From positions 32,001 through 96,000 of IMG/VR virus record IMGVR_UViG_3300028608_000007: 64,000 bases of DNA. One strand, written 5' to 3'. Positions 38,565-47,952 of this stretch are shown here, piece by piece; the first letter of the stretch is position 1; each line of letters starts with the position of its first letter. Below the pieces are notes generated by a model. That model saw only the letters and a program-made list of their open reading frames with translations, did no database searches and was not told the DNA's origin. This DNA is from a virus. The position numbers were made by a program, and so were the translations under genes.

Positions 38565-39971
38565 TTACTTGCGCAGCTTAGGGTCCCATTGAGTACCCTC
38601 GAGAAGGTAGTCCAGTTTCCCATCGGCTGCTTCTTGCATAGCTTGTTCAGCATCAGCGATTTCTTCCGGTGTAGCAACAACAGGCGGGAGCCCTACATCA
38701 CTGATATCTTCCAGATCGCCCAAGCTTTCTCTCCTGATTCTGCGCTTAACACGCTCAGCCAGTCCAGGATCAACGTTCTCCGCCAGAAGTTGATCGATCG
38801 TAACTTGTTGCTCAGGAGTAGGTTGCGGTAGACGTCCTTCGTACGGATCGCCGTATTTCTCCCAGTGTTCCCGAAGAGGGTTCTTGCTGTGATCCAGCTT
38901 GTAACCATCGCCCGGCTTCGATACGTGTGGGGGAAACTCGTAATCGTCAGGGATAACCCGTACTTCTACGCCTTTGTCCACGATCTGACCCTCAAGTGGT
39001 TTCTCTTTGGGTTCACCCAGGTGGTACTCGACATTTCCTTCACTATCCAGAGACTCACGGATCAGAATCCCGTAGTTTCGACGGTTCAGGTTCTCGTCCA
39101 AATCCATCACTGGGGAAACGACTTCACCCTCGATCGGTACATTGCGCTTGGAGAGAGCAGCAACTTTGAAGAGGTCGAGCATTCCGTTTTCACCGAGCAA
39201 CCCGGACTTCTGCATGATGCGATCCACTTCACCGTCGAGGTGTTCCCCTTCGATACCATAGACCTCAGGACACAGGTTGGTCTCAGGGATTGGGTCATGT
39301 GGGATGTAATCCCCTTTCACCGGTCCCGTCAGGATGCTCATGAAGTCAATGTCACGTAGATCACGCTTGACGCCGTCTTCACCCACAGCGTAGGCAGTGA
39401 CCTTTGGGAGGAATTCCCCACCTTTGATAGTGCGGTCGAGAGCGCCTTCTTCGTAATGTTTCAGACGATCCATAGAACCCGGTGCGTAGATATTCCGCGC
39501 ATCCCGCAAACGCATGGCAGGTAACGTACGTAGACTCACGTTACTGGACTCGGTAATGTACCCCGCTTCTTTCAACTTGTCGTACTGGTGTTGGGCGAAG
39601 ATGTAGTGATCTTCGTGGGTTTCAGGGATGATCGGAACCATGCGATCTGGCGGTACTACGGAATAACCGCTGATAGGACTAGCGAAGATGCCGCTGTACA
39701 CATCAGACGGACCGCCACGCAGCAACGCCACTTGGTCGTATTGGTTTTGGGAAATCAGACCTTGGTCCAACCATTCCTTCAACATCGGGTCAGGAGTGTG
39801 GTTCTCCCGCCGTTTGTTGATGTAGGAGTCGATAAGCTTGAACTCCTCGCGCATGGCGTAATCGTTGTACCAGAAGAAGTAGTCGTCCAGCACCTGAGTC
39901 AGAATGTGATCTGGCAGGCCGGTCATGTTGAATGGATCGAACTTTGGAATTTGGTGAGCACCGATTTTCAT
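38565..39971 (-). CDS. Hypothetical acidic protein (FDPFN..GLPDHI motif)
   Basis: 468 aa; GGAGA SD. Confidence 0.75.
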   Translation of the reverse strand: MKIGAHQIPKFDPFNMTGLPDHILTQVLDDYFFWYNDYAMREEFKLIDSYINKRRENHTPDPMLKEWLDQGLISQNQYDQVALLRGGPSDVYSGIFASPISGYSVVPPDRMVPIIPETHEDHYIFAQHQYDKLKEAGYITESSNVSLRTLPAMRLRDARNIYAPGSMDRLKHYEEGALDRTIKGGEFLPKVTAYAVGEDGVKRDLRDIDFMSILTGPVKGDYIPHDPIPETNLCPEVYGIEGEHLDGEVDRIMQKSGLLGENGMLDLFKVAALSKRNVPIEGEVVSPVMDLDENLNRRNYGILIRESLDSEGNVEYHLGEPKEKPLEGQIVDKGVEVRVIPDDYEFPPHVSKPGDGYKLDHSKNPLREHWEKYGDPYEGRLPQPTPEQQVTIDQLLAENVDPGLAERVKRRIRRESLGDLEDISDVGLPPVVATPEEIADAEQAMQEAADGKLDYLLEGTQWDPKLRK

Positions 39972-39999
39972 TATAGATCTCCTTAGACCTTAAGTTTAG

Positions 40000-40350
40000 T
40001 TAGCCGATGATAGCGCCGAAGCGGATCTCACCGTCTTTGGTGTTTTCGTTAACCCAGTTCTGAATGAACTGGCGTTCTTGATCCACGAGGAAGTCGTAGA
40101 CTACAGCGCGTTCGATATGGTCAGGCAAACCCGATTGGTTGAACGGGTCAAACCCAACCATTACCACACGAGTAACAACGTTACGCATGGGCTTGTGCTG
40201 GTTCTTGGTGCGCTTGAATTGAACACCCTTGATTTCAGGGATTTCGATTCCAGCTTCGCGGAACTCTCGAGCTTTGCGTTCGATGTAAGCTTTGTCAGGT
40301 GGGAACCCTGGATTGTAGACCCCACCTTTCCAGCCGCGTACATTAGACAT
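40000..40350 (-). CDS. Hypothetical protein (FDPFN..GLPDHI motif)
   Basis: 116 aa; coupled to upstream gene. Confidence 0.65.
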   Translation of the reverse strand: MSNVRGWKGGVYNPGFPPDKAYIERKAREFREAGIEIPEIKGVQFKRTKNQHKPMRNVVTRVVMVGFDPFNQSGLPDHIERAVVYDFLVDQERQFIQNWVNENTKDGEIRFGAIIG

Positions 40351-40720
40351 TGAAAGTATCTCCTGGGTAGTCTACAGAAAGGGATGGGGTTATTGCGTAA
40401 GGTTGTCCTTGGATCACAACCAAACCAGGAGTGGGTCTGGAATGGTGGAGTAAAGCCTCACGAACTTCCAGGACATCCGCGTCATCGTAGACGGAGTCAG
40501 GGAGTTCGAAGTCTTTCTTTAGCACATTACCCAGACGCACTACCTCGTCCAAGTCCATGTTGCCGACACCGGCTTTGATCTGATCCATCACTCGACGCTG
40601 GACGCTCTCAGGGAATTGATCCCCGGCAGCCTTACGTACCAGTTCGATGATGTGACACCGGGCGACGAACTCTACAACCGTACCCAGTGTGAAATTCTTG
40701 AAGTGCTTCATCGCGTCCAT
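40343..40720 (-). CDS. Hypothetical early protein
   Basis: First gene after TATATTAC promoter at 40.76 kb. Confidence 0.65.
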   Translation of the reverse strand: MDAMKHFKNFTLGTVVEFVARCHIIELVRKAAGDQFPESVQRRVMDQIKAGVGNMDLDEVVRLGNVLKKDFELPDSVYDDADVLEVREALLHHSRPTPGLVVIQGQPYAITPSLSVDYPGDTFNV

Positions 40721-40760
40721 AATTGATCTCCGTAGATCGAAAGGTTAGGTAGCTCATGGG

Positions 40761-40782
40761 GGTAATATATACTTGAAATTCA
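40761..40782 (-). promoter_or_regulatory. Early promoter core
   Basis: Minus strand TCAAGTATATATTACC (exact TATATTAC). Confidence 0.7.
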
Positions 40783-40929
40783 GTTGTTTCCAGTCAGTCT
40801 AAAACTACATAAGTCCTGTCTCCTATGTCAGTTCCGCGTAGTGTTTTCAAACCCAGTTTTGAGAACCTAATGTTATAGTCACGGACAACTTTTAGTCCTT
40901 CGTACAGCCCAAAGTTCAAGGTTAGAACC

Positions 40930-43437
40930 ATGATTCGAGAGATGATCAAATTCGACGGCACTCGTGAGCCGTTCATTGCAGAAAAGCCTGCTCGCTGGAC
41001 GCAATGGGGTGCCCGAAAGCTCGGTAAACGCGTGGACTGGCCGAGTATTCTCGCAGAAGCAGTAAATGAATGTCCTCCTGTCCTGTCCACTCTGGACTTC
41101 CAGGAGAAGCTGGTAGACGTGACCCTTCGTGGTGAGTCGTGGGCACACTACCTGATGGCCGGTCGCCTTTATGCCCCGCTTATCGCAAAGAAGACCTTCG
41201 GTAACGAGATTCCGACTGTACAGGAACTCCACCACCGCATGGCCGATCGTGGCTATATGTACCTCCTGGACTACTCTGATGCTGAGTACGCCGAGGTTCA
41301 GAAGCTGATCGACCACAAGAAAGACCAGACTTACCCGCACTTCCGCAGTGAGTACATCTACAAGAAGTACGCTCTGCAAAACCGCATCGGTTCCAGCAAG
41401 GAAGTCTTCGAGACTCCTCAGTTCGTGTACATGCGCATGGCTATGGCTCTCTCCGAAGATCAGCCGCGTGATCGTCGTATGCGTGACGTAGCCAAGTTCT
41501 ACGAGCACCTTTCCGACGCCCGCATCAACGCCCCGACTCCGAACTACGTGAACCTGGGTACTCCACTACGTGGCTTCGCTTCTTGCTGCATCTACAGCAA
41601 CGAAGACACCGCTGCCTCCATCGGTATCGGTCTGCACATCGCTTACACCATGACCTACATGTCCGCAGGTTGTGGTACTCACCTGAACACTCGTTCGCTG
41701 GGTGACCCTGTCCGTGGTGGCATGATCCGTCACCAAGGCAAACTGCCGTACGCTCGTGCTACCAAAGCCATGGTTGAAGCCAACCTGCAAAATGGTCGTG
41801 GTGGCGCTGATACCCTGACCTGGCAGTTGCACGATCCAGAAAACGAAACCATGCTGCAACTTCAGAACCCGATGTCGACTGTGGACAAGCAGATCCGTGG
41901 TATCGACTACTCGGTGACCGTCTCGAAGTTCATCGCACGTTTCGCTGGTGCCAAAGGCAAGCTGTTCAAGTTCAACAGCTTCACCGCACCAGACCTGTAC
42001 GACGCGTTCTACTCCGGCGACTTCTCGCTGTTTGAAGAACTGTACGCCAAGTACGAAGCTGACCCGCTGTTCGTCAAGGACTACTTCAACGCTCGTGAGC
42101 TGATCCTGGTAGCCCTGACAGAAGCCCTGGAAACTGGTCGTTACTACCTGACCTGGGCTGACGAGATGAATCGTCACACCCCGTTCTACGATTCGATCTT
42201 CGCTTCCAACCTGTGCCAAGAAATCATGCTGCCTCAGCGTGGTTACGCCCACATGATGGACCTGTACCAAACTTCGTCGGTTGGCTACATCCGCCTGACC
42301 ACTACCGACGGTCAGCGCATGGAACTCGAAGCACCGCAGAAGGTGTGGGTAGACCGCGAGCTGGGTATGGACATGCCTATCGGGCGTATTGCTCGACCGG
42401 CTATTGCTGCGATCGAACTGCAACCAGGTGAGTCGTTCCGTACCGTGAAGGACGGTCTGACCTACGTCGTTGGTACCGTGGACGAAATCAAGCGCGAACC
42501 AGAAGTTGCCATGTGCAACATCGGTGGCGTGGTTCCGGCCAACATCGAGAGCGACGAGCAGTGGGCTGAGGTTGCCTACTACACCCTGCTGATGATCGAC
42601 ATCTGCATTCACAAAGCTGAGTACGAGCTGCCGCACATCGGCTACACGTCCAAGGCTCGTATGAACGCTGGTGTGGGCCTGATGGGTGTTGCTACCTGGA
42701 TGGCGAAGAACAACCTGAAGTACTCGACGCAGGAAGGCAAGAACGCGCTGTTCCACCTCGACGAAACGCACATGTACCACCTGATCACTCAGTCGATCAA
42801 GTTGGGCAAAGAGCGTGGCAATGCCGAGTGGATGCACCGCACCAAGTGGCCAGAAGGCTACCTGCCGCAAGACAGTGCCAACCAGAACGTTCTGGAACTG
42901 GTCACCGTCAAACCTGCACGTGACTGGGCTCCGGTTCGTCAAGCGCTGATCGAAAACGAAGGGATGCGCTTCTCCTGCGTCAACTCCCACATGCCAGGTG
43001 AATCCAGCTCGAAAGCTGCTGGTCAACCAAATGGTCGCTACCCTGTTCGTGACGTCGTCATGACCAAGACCGACAACGGCATCGTGTCGCGTTGGGCTGC
43101 ACCGGAAGGCGACATCTGGGGTGATCGTTACGAGATCGCATGGGACCTGGATTACACCCACCAGATCGACAGCTACGCCGTCGGCCAGTACTGGTGTGAC
43201 CAAGGCATGTCCGCTGACCAATGGCGTCGCCTGCCACCAGGTGAAACCGTAGGTTCGGCAGAACTGCTGCAAGGGTTCTTCCGCATGACCAAGTACGGCT
43301 TCAAATCACGCTACTACTACAACACGCTGACCACCGCTCCGAAGCGGATGGAGAACGGCGAAATCGTGATGGTCGAAGTGCGCAACACCGACTCTGCTCC
43401 AGAAGCAGACTGCGGGGCCGGTGGCTGCAAGATGTAA
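40930..43437 (+). CDS. nrdA: Ribonucleotide reductase class Ia alpha subunit with internal insertion
   Basis: ATP-cone-like N terminus, PTPNYVN.GT, ASCC, ASNLCQEI (catalytic N-C-E), AMCN, MPGESSS, C-terminal CGAGGC. Confidence 0.97.
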   Translation: MIREMIKFDGTREPFIAEKPARWTQWGARKLGKRVDWPSILAEAVNECPPVLSTLDFQEKLVDVTLRGESWAHYLMAGRLYAPLIAKKTFGNEIPTVQELHHRMADRGYMYLLDYSDAEYAEVQKLIDHKKDQTYPHFRSEYIYKKYALQNRIGSSKEVFETPQFVYMRMAMALSEDQPRDRRMRDVAKFYEHLSDARINAPTPNYVNLGTPLRGFASCCIYSNEDTAASIGIGLHIAYTMTYMSAGCGTHLNTRSLGDPVRGGMIRHQGKLPYARATKAMVEANLQNGRGGADTLTWQLHDPENETMLQLQNPMSTVDKQIRGIDYSVTVSKFIARFAGAKGKLFKFNSFTAPDLYDAFYSGDFSLFEELYAKYEADPLFVKDYFNARELILVALTEALETGRYYLTWADEMNRHTPFYDSIFASNLCQEIMLPQRGYAHMMDLYQTSSVGYIRLTTTDGQRMELEAPQKVWVDRELGMDMPIGRIARPAIAAIELQPGESFRTVKDGLTYVVGTVDEIKREPEVAMCNIGGVVPANIESDEQWAEVAYYTLLMIDICIHKAEYELPHIGYTSKARMNAGVGLMGVATWMAKNNLKYSTQEGKNALFHLDETHMYHLITQSIKLGKERGNAEWMHRTKWPEGYLPQDSANQNVLELVTVKPARDWAPVRQALIENEGMRFSCVNSHMPGESSSKAAGQPNGRYPVRDVVMTKTDNGIVSRWAAPEGDIWGDRYEIAWDLDYTHQIDSYAVGQYWCDQGMSADQWRRLPPGETVGSAELLQGFFRMTKYGFKSRYYYNTLTTAPKRMENGEIVMVEVRNTDSAPEADCGAGGCKM

Positions 43438-43492
43438 TTGATAGGGGCTCTCTCGGGAGCCCCGACACTTAACGAACATTAGGGTAAAGGTA

Positions 43493-44662
43493 GTGACCAA
43501 ACCAATTATGCTGGAGATGGGTTTTCCCACAACTCCACCTGTAATCGACCAACACATCTTCAACGTTTACAAAAACGACTATCAGAACACCAGCCTGTTG
43601 CTTGGGGAGCCTGGCGGTCTGTTCGATACCGTGAACAAACAGTTCCCAGATGTCTGGAAGCTGTACAAGACCATGAAGTCGCTGGACTGGGACGAAAACG
43701 AACTACCGTTCACGTCCTGTAACGCTGAGTTCAAGAACCCACTGCTGCGCACCAAGTCGCAGAAGATGATCAAGTCGTTGGCTTGGCAATGGGAAGCAGA
43801 CTCGGTAGCGTCGCGCAGCATCAGCCACATCGTCAGCCTGTTCAACCCAGCACCTGAGCTGTGGGCAGCTTGGCAGCGTATCTCCGACAACGAAGTGGTT
43901 CACGCCGCTACGTACTCCGAGATCGTTCGTGCCTCCTTCGACAACCCACGTGAAGTACTCGACAAGATCCTCGAGATCACCGAAGCCATGCAGCGTCTGG
44001 AATCGGTTGCCCGAGAGATGCGCTGGATTCGTGAACGTGGTTTGAAGTTCCAACTGGGCTTGGTGCCGAACGACCAAGAAACCTACAACGCGATCTTCAT
44101 GTTTGCGTTCGTGATGCTGGTGCTGGAACGTCTCCAGTTCATGGCGTCGTTTGCTGTGACCTTCGCACTGGCGGCAGAAGACCTGTTTATCCCAATCGGG
44201 AAGATGGTTCAGAAGATCGCCCAAGACGAATACGAAGTACACACCGCGCTGGACTTCACCGTCCTTTATATGGAGATGCAAACCGAGCGTGGGCAAATCG
44301 CCTACCAGGAACTGCGTCCTCGTATGAACGCGTTGCTGAACGAAGTCATCGCCACCGAAATGAACTGGTCCGATTTCGTCTTCCTGGACGACGAGACTGG
44401 CAACTACGTGGAAGACCTCAAGTACTGCAACCGCAAGCAGCTCAAGGACTTCGTACTGTTCAACGGTACCTTCATTGCCCGTTCGATGCGACTGGACATG
44501 GAGTACCCACAAATCGAAAACCTCCCGCTCCACTACATGAAGACCTGGATGAACATGGGTGATACCCAGCCTTCTCCACAAGAGCAAGCCAATGCTCAGT
44601 ACAAGGTCAACGTGGTCGTGCGTGATGACGCCGAAGTGGAGTTTGACCTGAGTGGATTCTGA
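43493..44662 (+). CDS. nrdB: Ribonucleotide reductase class Ia beta subunit
   Basis: WQWEADS, NEVVHAATYS (iron ligands + radical Tyr), LERLQFMASF, QDEYEVH. Confidence 0.95.
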   Translation: MTKPIMLEMGFPTTPPVIDQHIFNVYKNDYQNTSLLLGEPGGLFDTVNKQFPDVWKLYKTMKSLDWDENELPFTSCNAEFKNPLLRTKSQKMIKSLAWQWEADSVASRSISHIVSLFNPAPELWAAWQRISDNEVVHAATYSEIVRASFDNPREVLDKILEITEAMQRLESVAREMRWIRERGLKFQLGLVPNDQETYNAIFMFAFVMLVLERLQFMASFAVTFALAAEDLFIPIGKMVQKIAQDEYEVHTALDFTVLYMEMQTERGQIAYQELRPRMNALLNEVIATEMNWSDFVFLDDETGNYVEDLKYCNRKQLKDFVLFNGTFIARSMRLDMEYPQIENLPLHYMKTWMNMGDTQPSPQEQANAQYKVNVVVRDDAEVEFDLSGF

Positions 44663-44672
44663 GGCACGGCTT

Positions 44673-44795
44673 ATGGAAGAGTTGACTAAGTTATCGTTGT
44701 TGGTGTTGGCGGTAGGTGTGTCGATCTTTGCAACTGCTTTGTGGTTGTTCTTCCGTGATGTAAAGAGTGAAGGAAGAAAGAATGGAACATCATGA
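44673..44795 (+). CDS. Small single-pass membrane protein (40 aa, absent from ORF track)
   Basis: MEELTKLSLLVLAVGVSIFATALWLFFRDVKSEGRKNGTS. Confidence 0.5.
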   Translation: MEELTKLSLLVLAVGVSIFATALWLFFRDVKSEGRKNGTS

Positions 44796-44895
44796 GTTTG
44801 GCGTGGCACACGTCATTCTTGTTGTAATGGTTGTAGGGGTCTTGTTACTTAAGGTCTCCGACTTTTGGAAAGGACGCAAAAATGGGAATCGGTGA
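44782..44895 (+). CDS. Small single-pass membrane protein (37 aa, absent from ORF track)
   Basis: MEHHEFGVAHVILVVMVVGVLLLKVSDFWKGRKNGNR; GAAGGA SD; overlaps both neighbours. Confidence 0.5.
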   Translation: MEHHEFGVAHVILVVMVVGVLLLKVSDFWKGRKNGNR

Positions 44896-45151
44896 AAACT
44901 CATTCGACGTCATTCGTGGTTTGCGCATCATCATTGAGTGCAACCACTATCCCATCCGACCTGAACATCGCGACGGCGAACTCACCTTCGAAGGCGGTTC
45001 TACGTGGTATTTCAAGATCATCAATGGCCTGTGCATCCCAAGTGATGTGAAAGAGTTGTTCAATGTACACGGTATTGGTTTGGTCATTGCCAAACAGTTT
45101 GGTGCCGAGTCCTGTAAATTCTACGGTGACCGTAACGGCTTCCTGACATAA
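44882..45151 (+). CDS. Hypothetical protein
   Basis: AAGGA SD; ends at terminator. Confidence 0.6.
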   Translation: MGIGENSFDVIRGLRIIIECNHYPIRPEHRDGELTFEGGSTWYFKIINGLCIPSDVKELFNVHGIGLVIAKQFGAESCKFYGDRNGFLT

Positions 45152-45191
45152 AAAAAAAAGAAGGGGTGCGAGCCCCTTCTTTTTTATGCCG
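45150..45191. terminator. Bidirectional terminator + TTTATGCCG
   Basis: aaaaaagaagggg-tgcgag-ccccttcttttttatgccg. Confidence 0.85.
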
Positions 45192-45196
45192 CCTGT

Positions 45197-45826
45197 TTAG
45201 GACGGCATCAGTTCACAGCGGTGAGACAGGTAGTAGAAGTTCGGATCTCGATTTGGATGTACTTCACGCAATGCGATATTGAACCGCACACCTTCCACTC
45301 GCTCAGTCTTGTAGGTGTGTCGCATGGCTTTCTGGAGACAGAGGATCAGGTTGAAGCAATCCTGTTTGTCAGAAGGCAAGCGGGAGAAGCCACGATCAAT
45401 GTCGAGGAACTTCGCCAGGTGTGCAGCAGCCCAATGTCGAATGGTGGAGTCGTACTCCATGTCGGCGATTTCTGGACGATCAGCGCACAGGTAATCGTAA
45501 CCGTGATTCACGGCATCCCACGTAGCACGACGAGGGAGGATCACGATGTGATGATCGAAGTCATCCTGCGCGTGGAAGAAAGCACCACGAATGTGGATGT
45601 TGCGGTTGGAGAGACAGGTGGGGTAACGACGCACGTGGTTCGCCAACTCGTCTTCTACGCGGGCCTGAACCCGATCAAAGGTGGTGGCGTTATGCATCCG
45701 GGCCTCGGGCCGAGCCAACTTGTTGTAGTGACTGTGCAGTTCTGCCAGACGAGCCAGATCTACATCGTTCAGGGTATCGCCACCGTCTACAGACAGGGTG
45801 ATGTCAACACGGTTAAAACCAGCCAT
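45197..45826 (-). CDS. Hypothetical protein
   Basis: GGAGGG SD; coupled. Confidence 0.65.
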   Translation of the reverse strand: MAGFNRVDITLSVDGGDTLNDVDLARLAELHSHYNKLARPEARMHNATTFDRVQARVEDELANHVRRYPTCLSNRNIHIRGAFFHAQDDFDHHIVILPRRATWDAVNHGYDYLCADRPEIADMEYDSTIRHWAAAHLAKFLDIDRGFSRLPSDKQDCFNLILCLQKAMRHTYKTERVEGVRFNIALREVHPNRDPNFYYLSHRCELMPS

Positions 45827-46344
45827 TATTTACCCTCCTTAGGGCATTGCATGAATTGAACGTCAGCGTGACCACCAGCGGTCACAGTTGGTACGATGTA
45901 GTACATGGTGTGGTGCTTGATAATTACATAAGACTGACCCACGTTAGCTCGCATCTGGTGATACAGCGAATCAGTCAACTTGATGCGGTATTTGTGGGAA
46001 CCGATCAACAACAGAGAAGTGGCACCTGCACCCAACTTCTCATCTTCGATCTTGTCATCCATCAGGTAACCGCCGTAGACCACAGTCGCCGGATAGAGAC
46101 CGACTGTCTTGCGGTTGGTGCGCGACATCACCATCGCTTGGAACTCACCCACGATTTTATCGTTAGGGTGAGACTGGACGTCGATGACGTTTTCCTCAGG
46201 CTCTGGTTTGGGCTTACGCTTTTCATCCAGAACTTTTTGAAGCATCGCGATCTGTTCTTCGAGAGCTTTCTCGGACCAGTCTTTGTAATCGTGGCCGCAA
46301 CGGCACGGTGTATCCCAGCATTTAACGCAGTCAGACATTCCCAT
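45826..46344 (-). CDS. Hypothetical protein with N-terminal Cys motif
   Basis: CVKCWDTPCRCGH putative metal-binding motif. Confidence 0.65.
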   Translation of the reverse strand: MGMSDCVKCWDTPCRCGHDYKDWSEKALEEQIAMLQKVLDEKRKPKPEPEENVIDVQSHPNDKIVGEFQAMVMSRTNRKTVGLYPATVVYGGYLMDDKIEDEKLGAGATSLLLIGSHKYRIKLTDSLYHQMRANVGQSYVIIKHHTMYYIVPTVTAGGHADVQFMQCPKEGK

Positions 46345-47071
46345 CGGAGGGTTCCTTTCGAATGGTTACGAGAACAGTGAAGGTAGTTATGTCCCGATCT
46401 TCCGAAGACATCGAGAGCCGCCACTGATTTTTCTTCTCACGGAATCGAACAGCCTTGTTACAGAGGGAGACGAAGAACTTCACGCCTCCCGTCGAATAAT
46501 CTCGCGCTACACCCCGAGTCTTGGCCAAAGGGAGTTGACGCACTGGGACCATGGTCTGTCCCTTGTTGATCCCTACCAGTTTGGCAGAGACCACTTCACA
46601 ACCAGGGTAAAGAGTCGACAGGTTGACGCTGTCATTACGAGGAACGACAACCCGCTTGACTTTGAGGTACGGTTTCTTGGTGGTACGTTTTCCTTCTTTC
46701 TTACGGAGTGGTTGCATCCATCGCCCATAAACCTTCATTAACTGTTCATAGGTAAGGATAACGGGAGGACCCAGTTCAGGCCAAGGGAAGTCAGTCGCAT
46801 TGCACTGCTTGAATGTGACCTCGGTATCCTTGAGGAAGGCTGCTTTCTCAGGACCAGACCAACGTGCCAGCACCTGTGGACAGGAACCGAAACGCTTGAA
46901 GAACATCACTTGGGTGTTAGGGTGGTTTTCAAAACCTTTGTGGTAGGTGCGCATTACCACAAAGATACTACTGCGACCAACTAGCCACGCTTTGACGTTT
47001 GCCTTGGCCTCCACGTGAAGTGCTCGTGGTTGGGCGAAGTAGCGACGGATGTGGGGATGCTGTGGGATCAT
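46331..47071 (-). CDS. Hypothetical basic protein
   Basis: Coupled operon; K/R-rich patch. Confidence 0.6.
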   Translation of the reverse strand: MIPQHPHIRRYFAQPRALHVEAKANVKAWLVGRSSIFVVMRTYHKGFENHPNTQVMFFKRFGSCPQVLARWSGPEKAAFLKDTEVTFKQCNATDFPWPELGPPVILTYEQLMKVYGRWMQPLRKKEGKRTTKKPYLKVKRVVVPRNDSVNLSTLYPGCEVVSAKLVGINKGQTMVPVRQLPLAKTRGVARDYSTGGVKFFVSLCNKAVRFREKKNQWRLSMSSEDRDITTFTVLVTIRKEPSDGNV

Positions 47072-47409
47072 CGTGCACCTTTAGAGCGTTGGGTCAGTAG
47101 TTGGATTTCGCGAGGTATCGAACGAGCAGACGGAATGACTGCCATGTAGTAAGTGCCCCCGAAGAACGTTACCTTGACCACTGTACCCGGAACCAGTTTC
47201 CACGCCTCAGCATGTTTCGCTTTGACGTAGTACAAACGACCGTTCAACATCACGATGGCCGTTTCCTGGAACTTGCTGACCTTGATACCAGAGATCTCAC
47301 CGCGATCAACTTCACGAGCACCACGCTGACGTGCCAAATCCATTGGGATATTCATGTCAGCTTCACGCGGGTCATTTACAACAGTGTTACGACCATACTT
47401 CGAGGACAT
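47068..47409 (-). CDS. Hypothetical protein
   Basis: AGGAG SD; coupled. Confidence 0.6.
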   Translation of the reverse strand: MSSKYGRNTVVNDPREADMNIPMDLARQRGAREVDRGEISGIKVSKFQETAIVMLNGRLYYVKAKHAEAWKLVPGTVVKVTFFGGTYYMAVIPSARSIPREIQLLTQRSKGAR

Positions 47410-47436
47410 CTAAACAACTCCTTGTAGTTACTGCTC

Positions 47437-47952
47437 TTATTTTCCCTTCTGAGGGAAACGTTTGTTCAGTTCTTCGACAATCTCAGGGATTGACAAAATG
47501 TGGACGGGTGCCGGGCCTTCACGCAGGGTGTCCTTGGCCAGACAGATTGCATTGCGGATGTCATCATTGTGAACATCCATTGCGGCGTACAGTACCTCTT
47601 CGGTTTCCACATAGTTACCGCGGATACCGACTACACCTGGACCCCACGGGATTACCCGCTTGGCCAAGCTTGCTTTCTTCCCAACCGAGGTCTCAGCACG
47701 GGTCCATTCTTCGATGCGACCAGAGTGAGTGATCAGCCAGCCACGCAGGGCACCCTCGCCACAGTTCTCGAAAGAATTATCACCATCGAGGTAGGCGATC
47801 AGGTTAAACGCGTTAGCAGCCAGCGGTACCAAGAAACCGTGTTTGGTGTACAGGGCATCTGTCGTCAGCTTCATACGCAAGCCGTTTACACGGTAGAGGT
47901 CAGAGATAAAAGCGATCTCGTTACCGTTCATCAGGATGAAGTTGTCGTTCAT
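47437..47952 (-). CDS. Hypothetical protein
   Basis: Coupled to upstream stop. Confidence 0.6.
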   Translation of the reverse strand: MNDNFILMNGNEIAFISDLYRVNGLRMKLTTDALYTKHGFLVPLAANAFNLIAYLDGDNSFENCGEGALRGWLITHSGRIEEWTRAETSVGKKASLAKRVIPWGPGVVGIRGNYVETEEVLYAAMDVHNDDIRNAICLAKDTLREGPAPVHILSIPEIVEELNKRFPQKGK

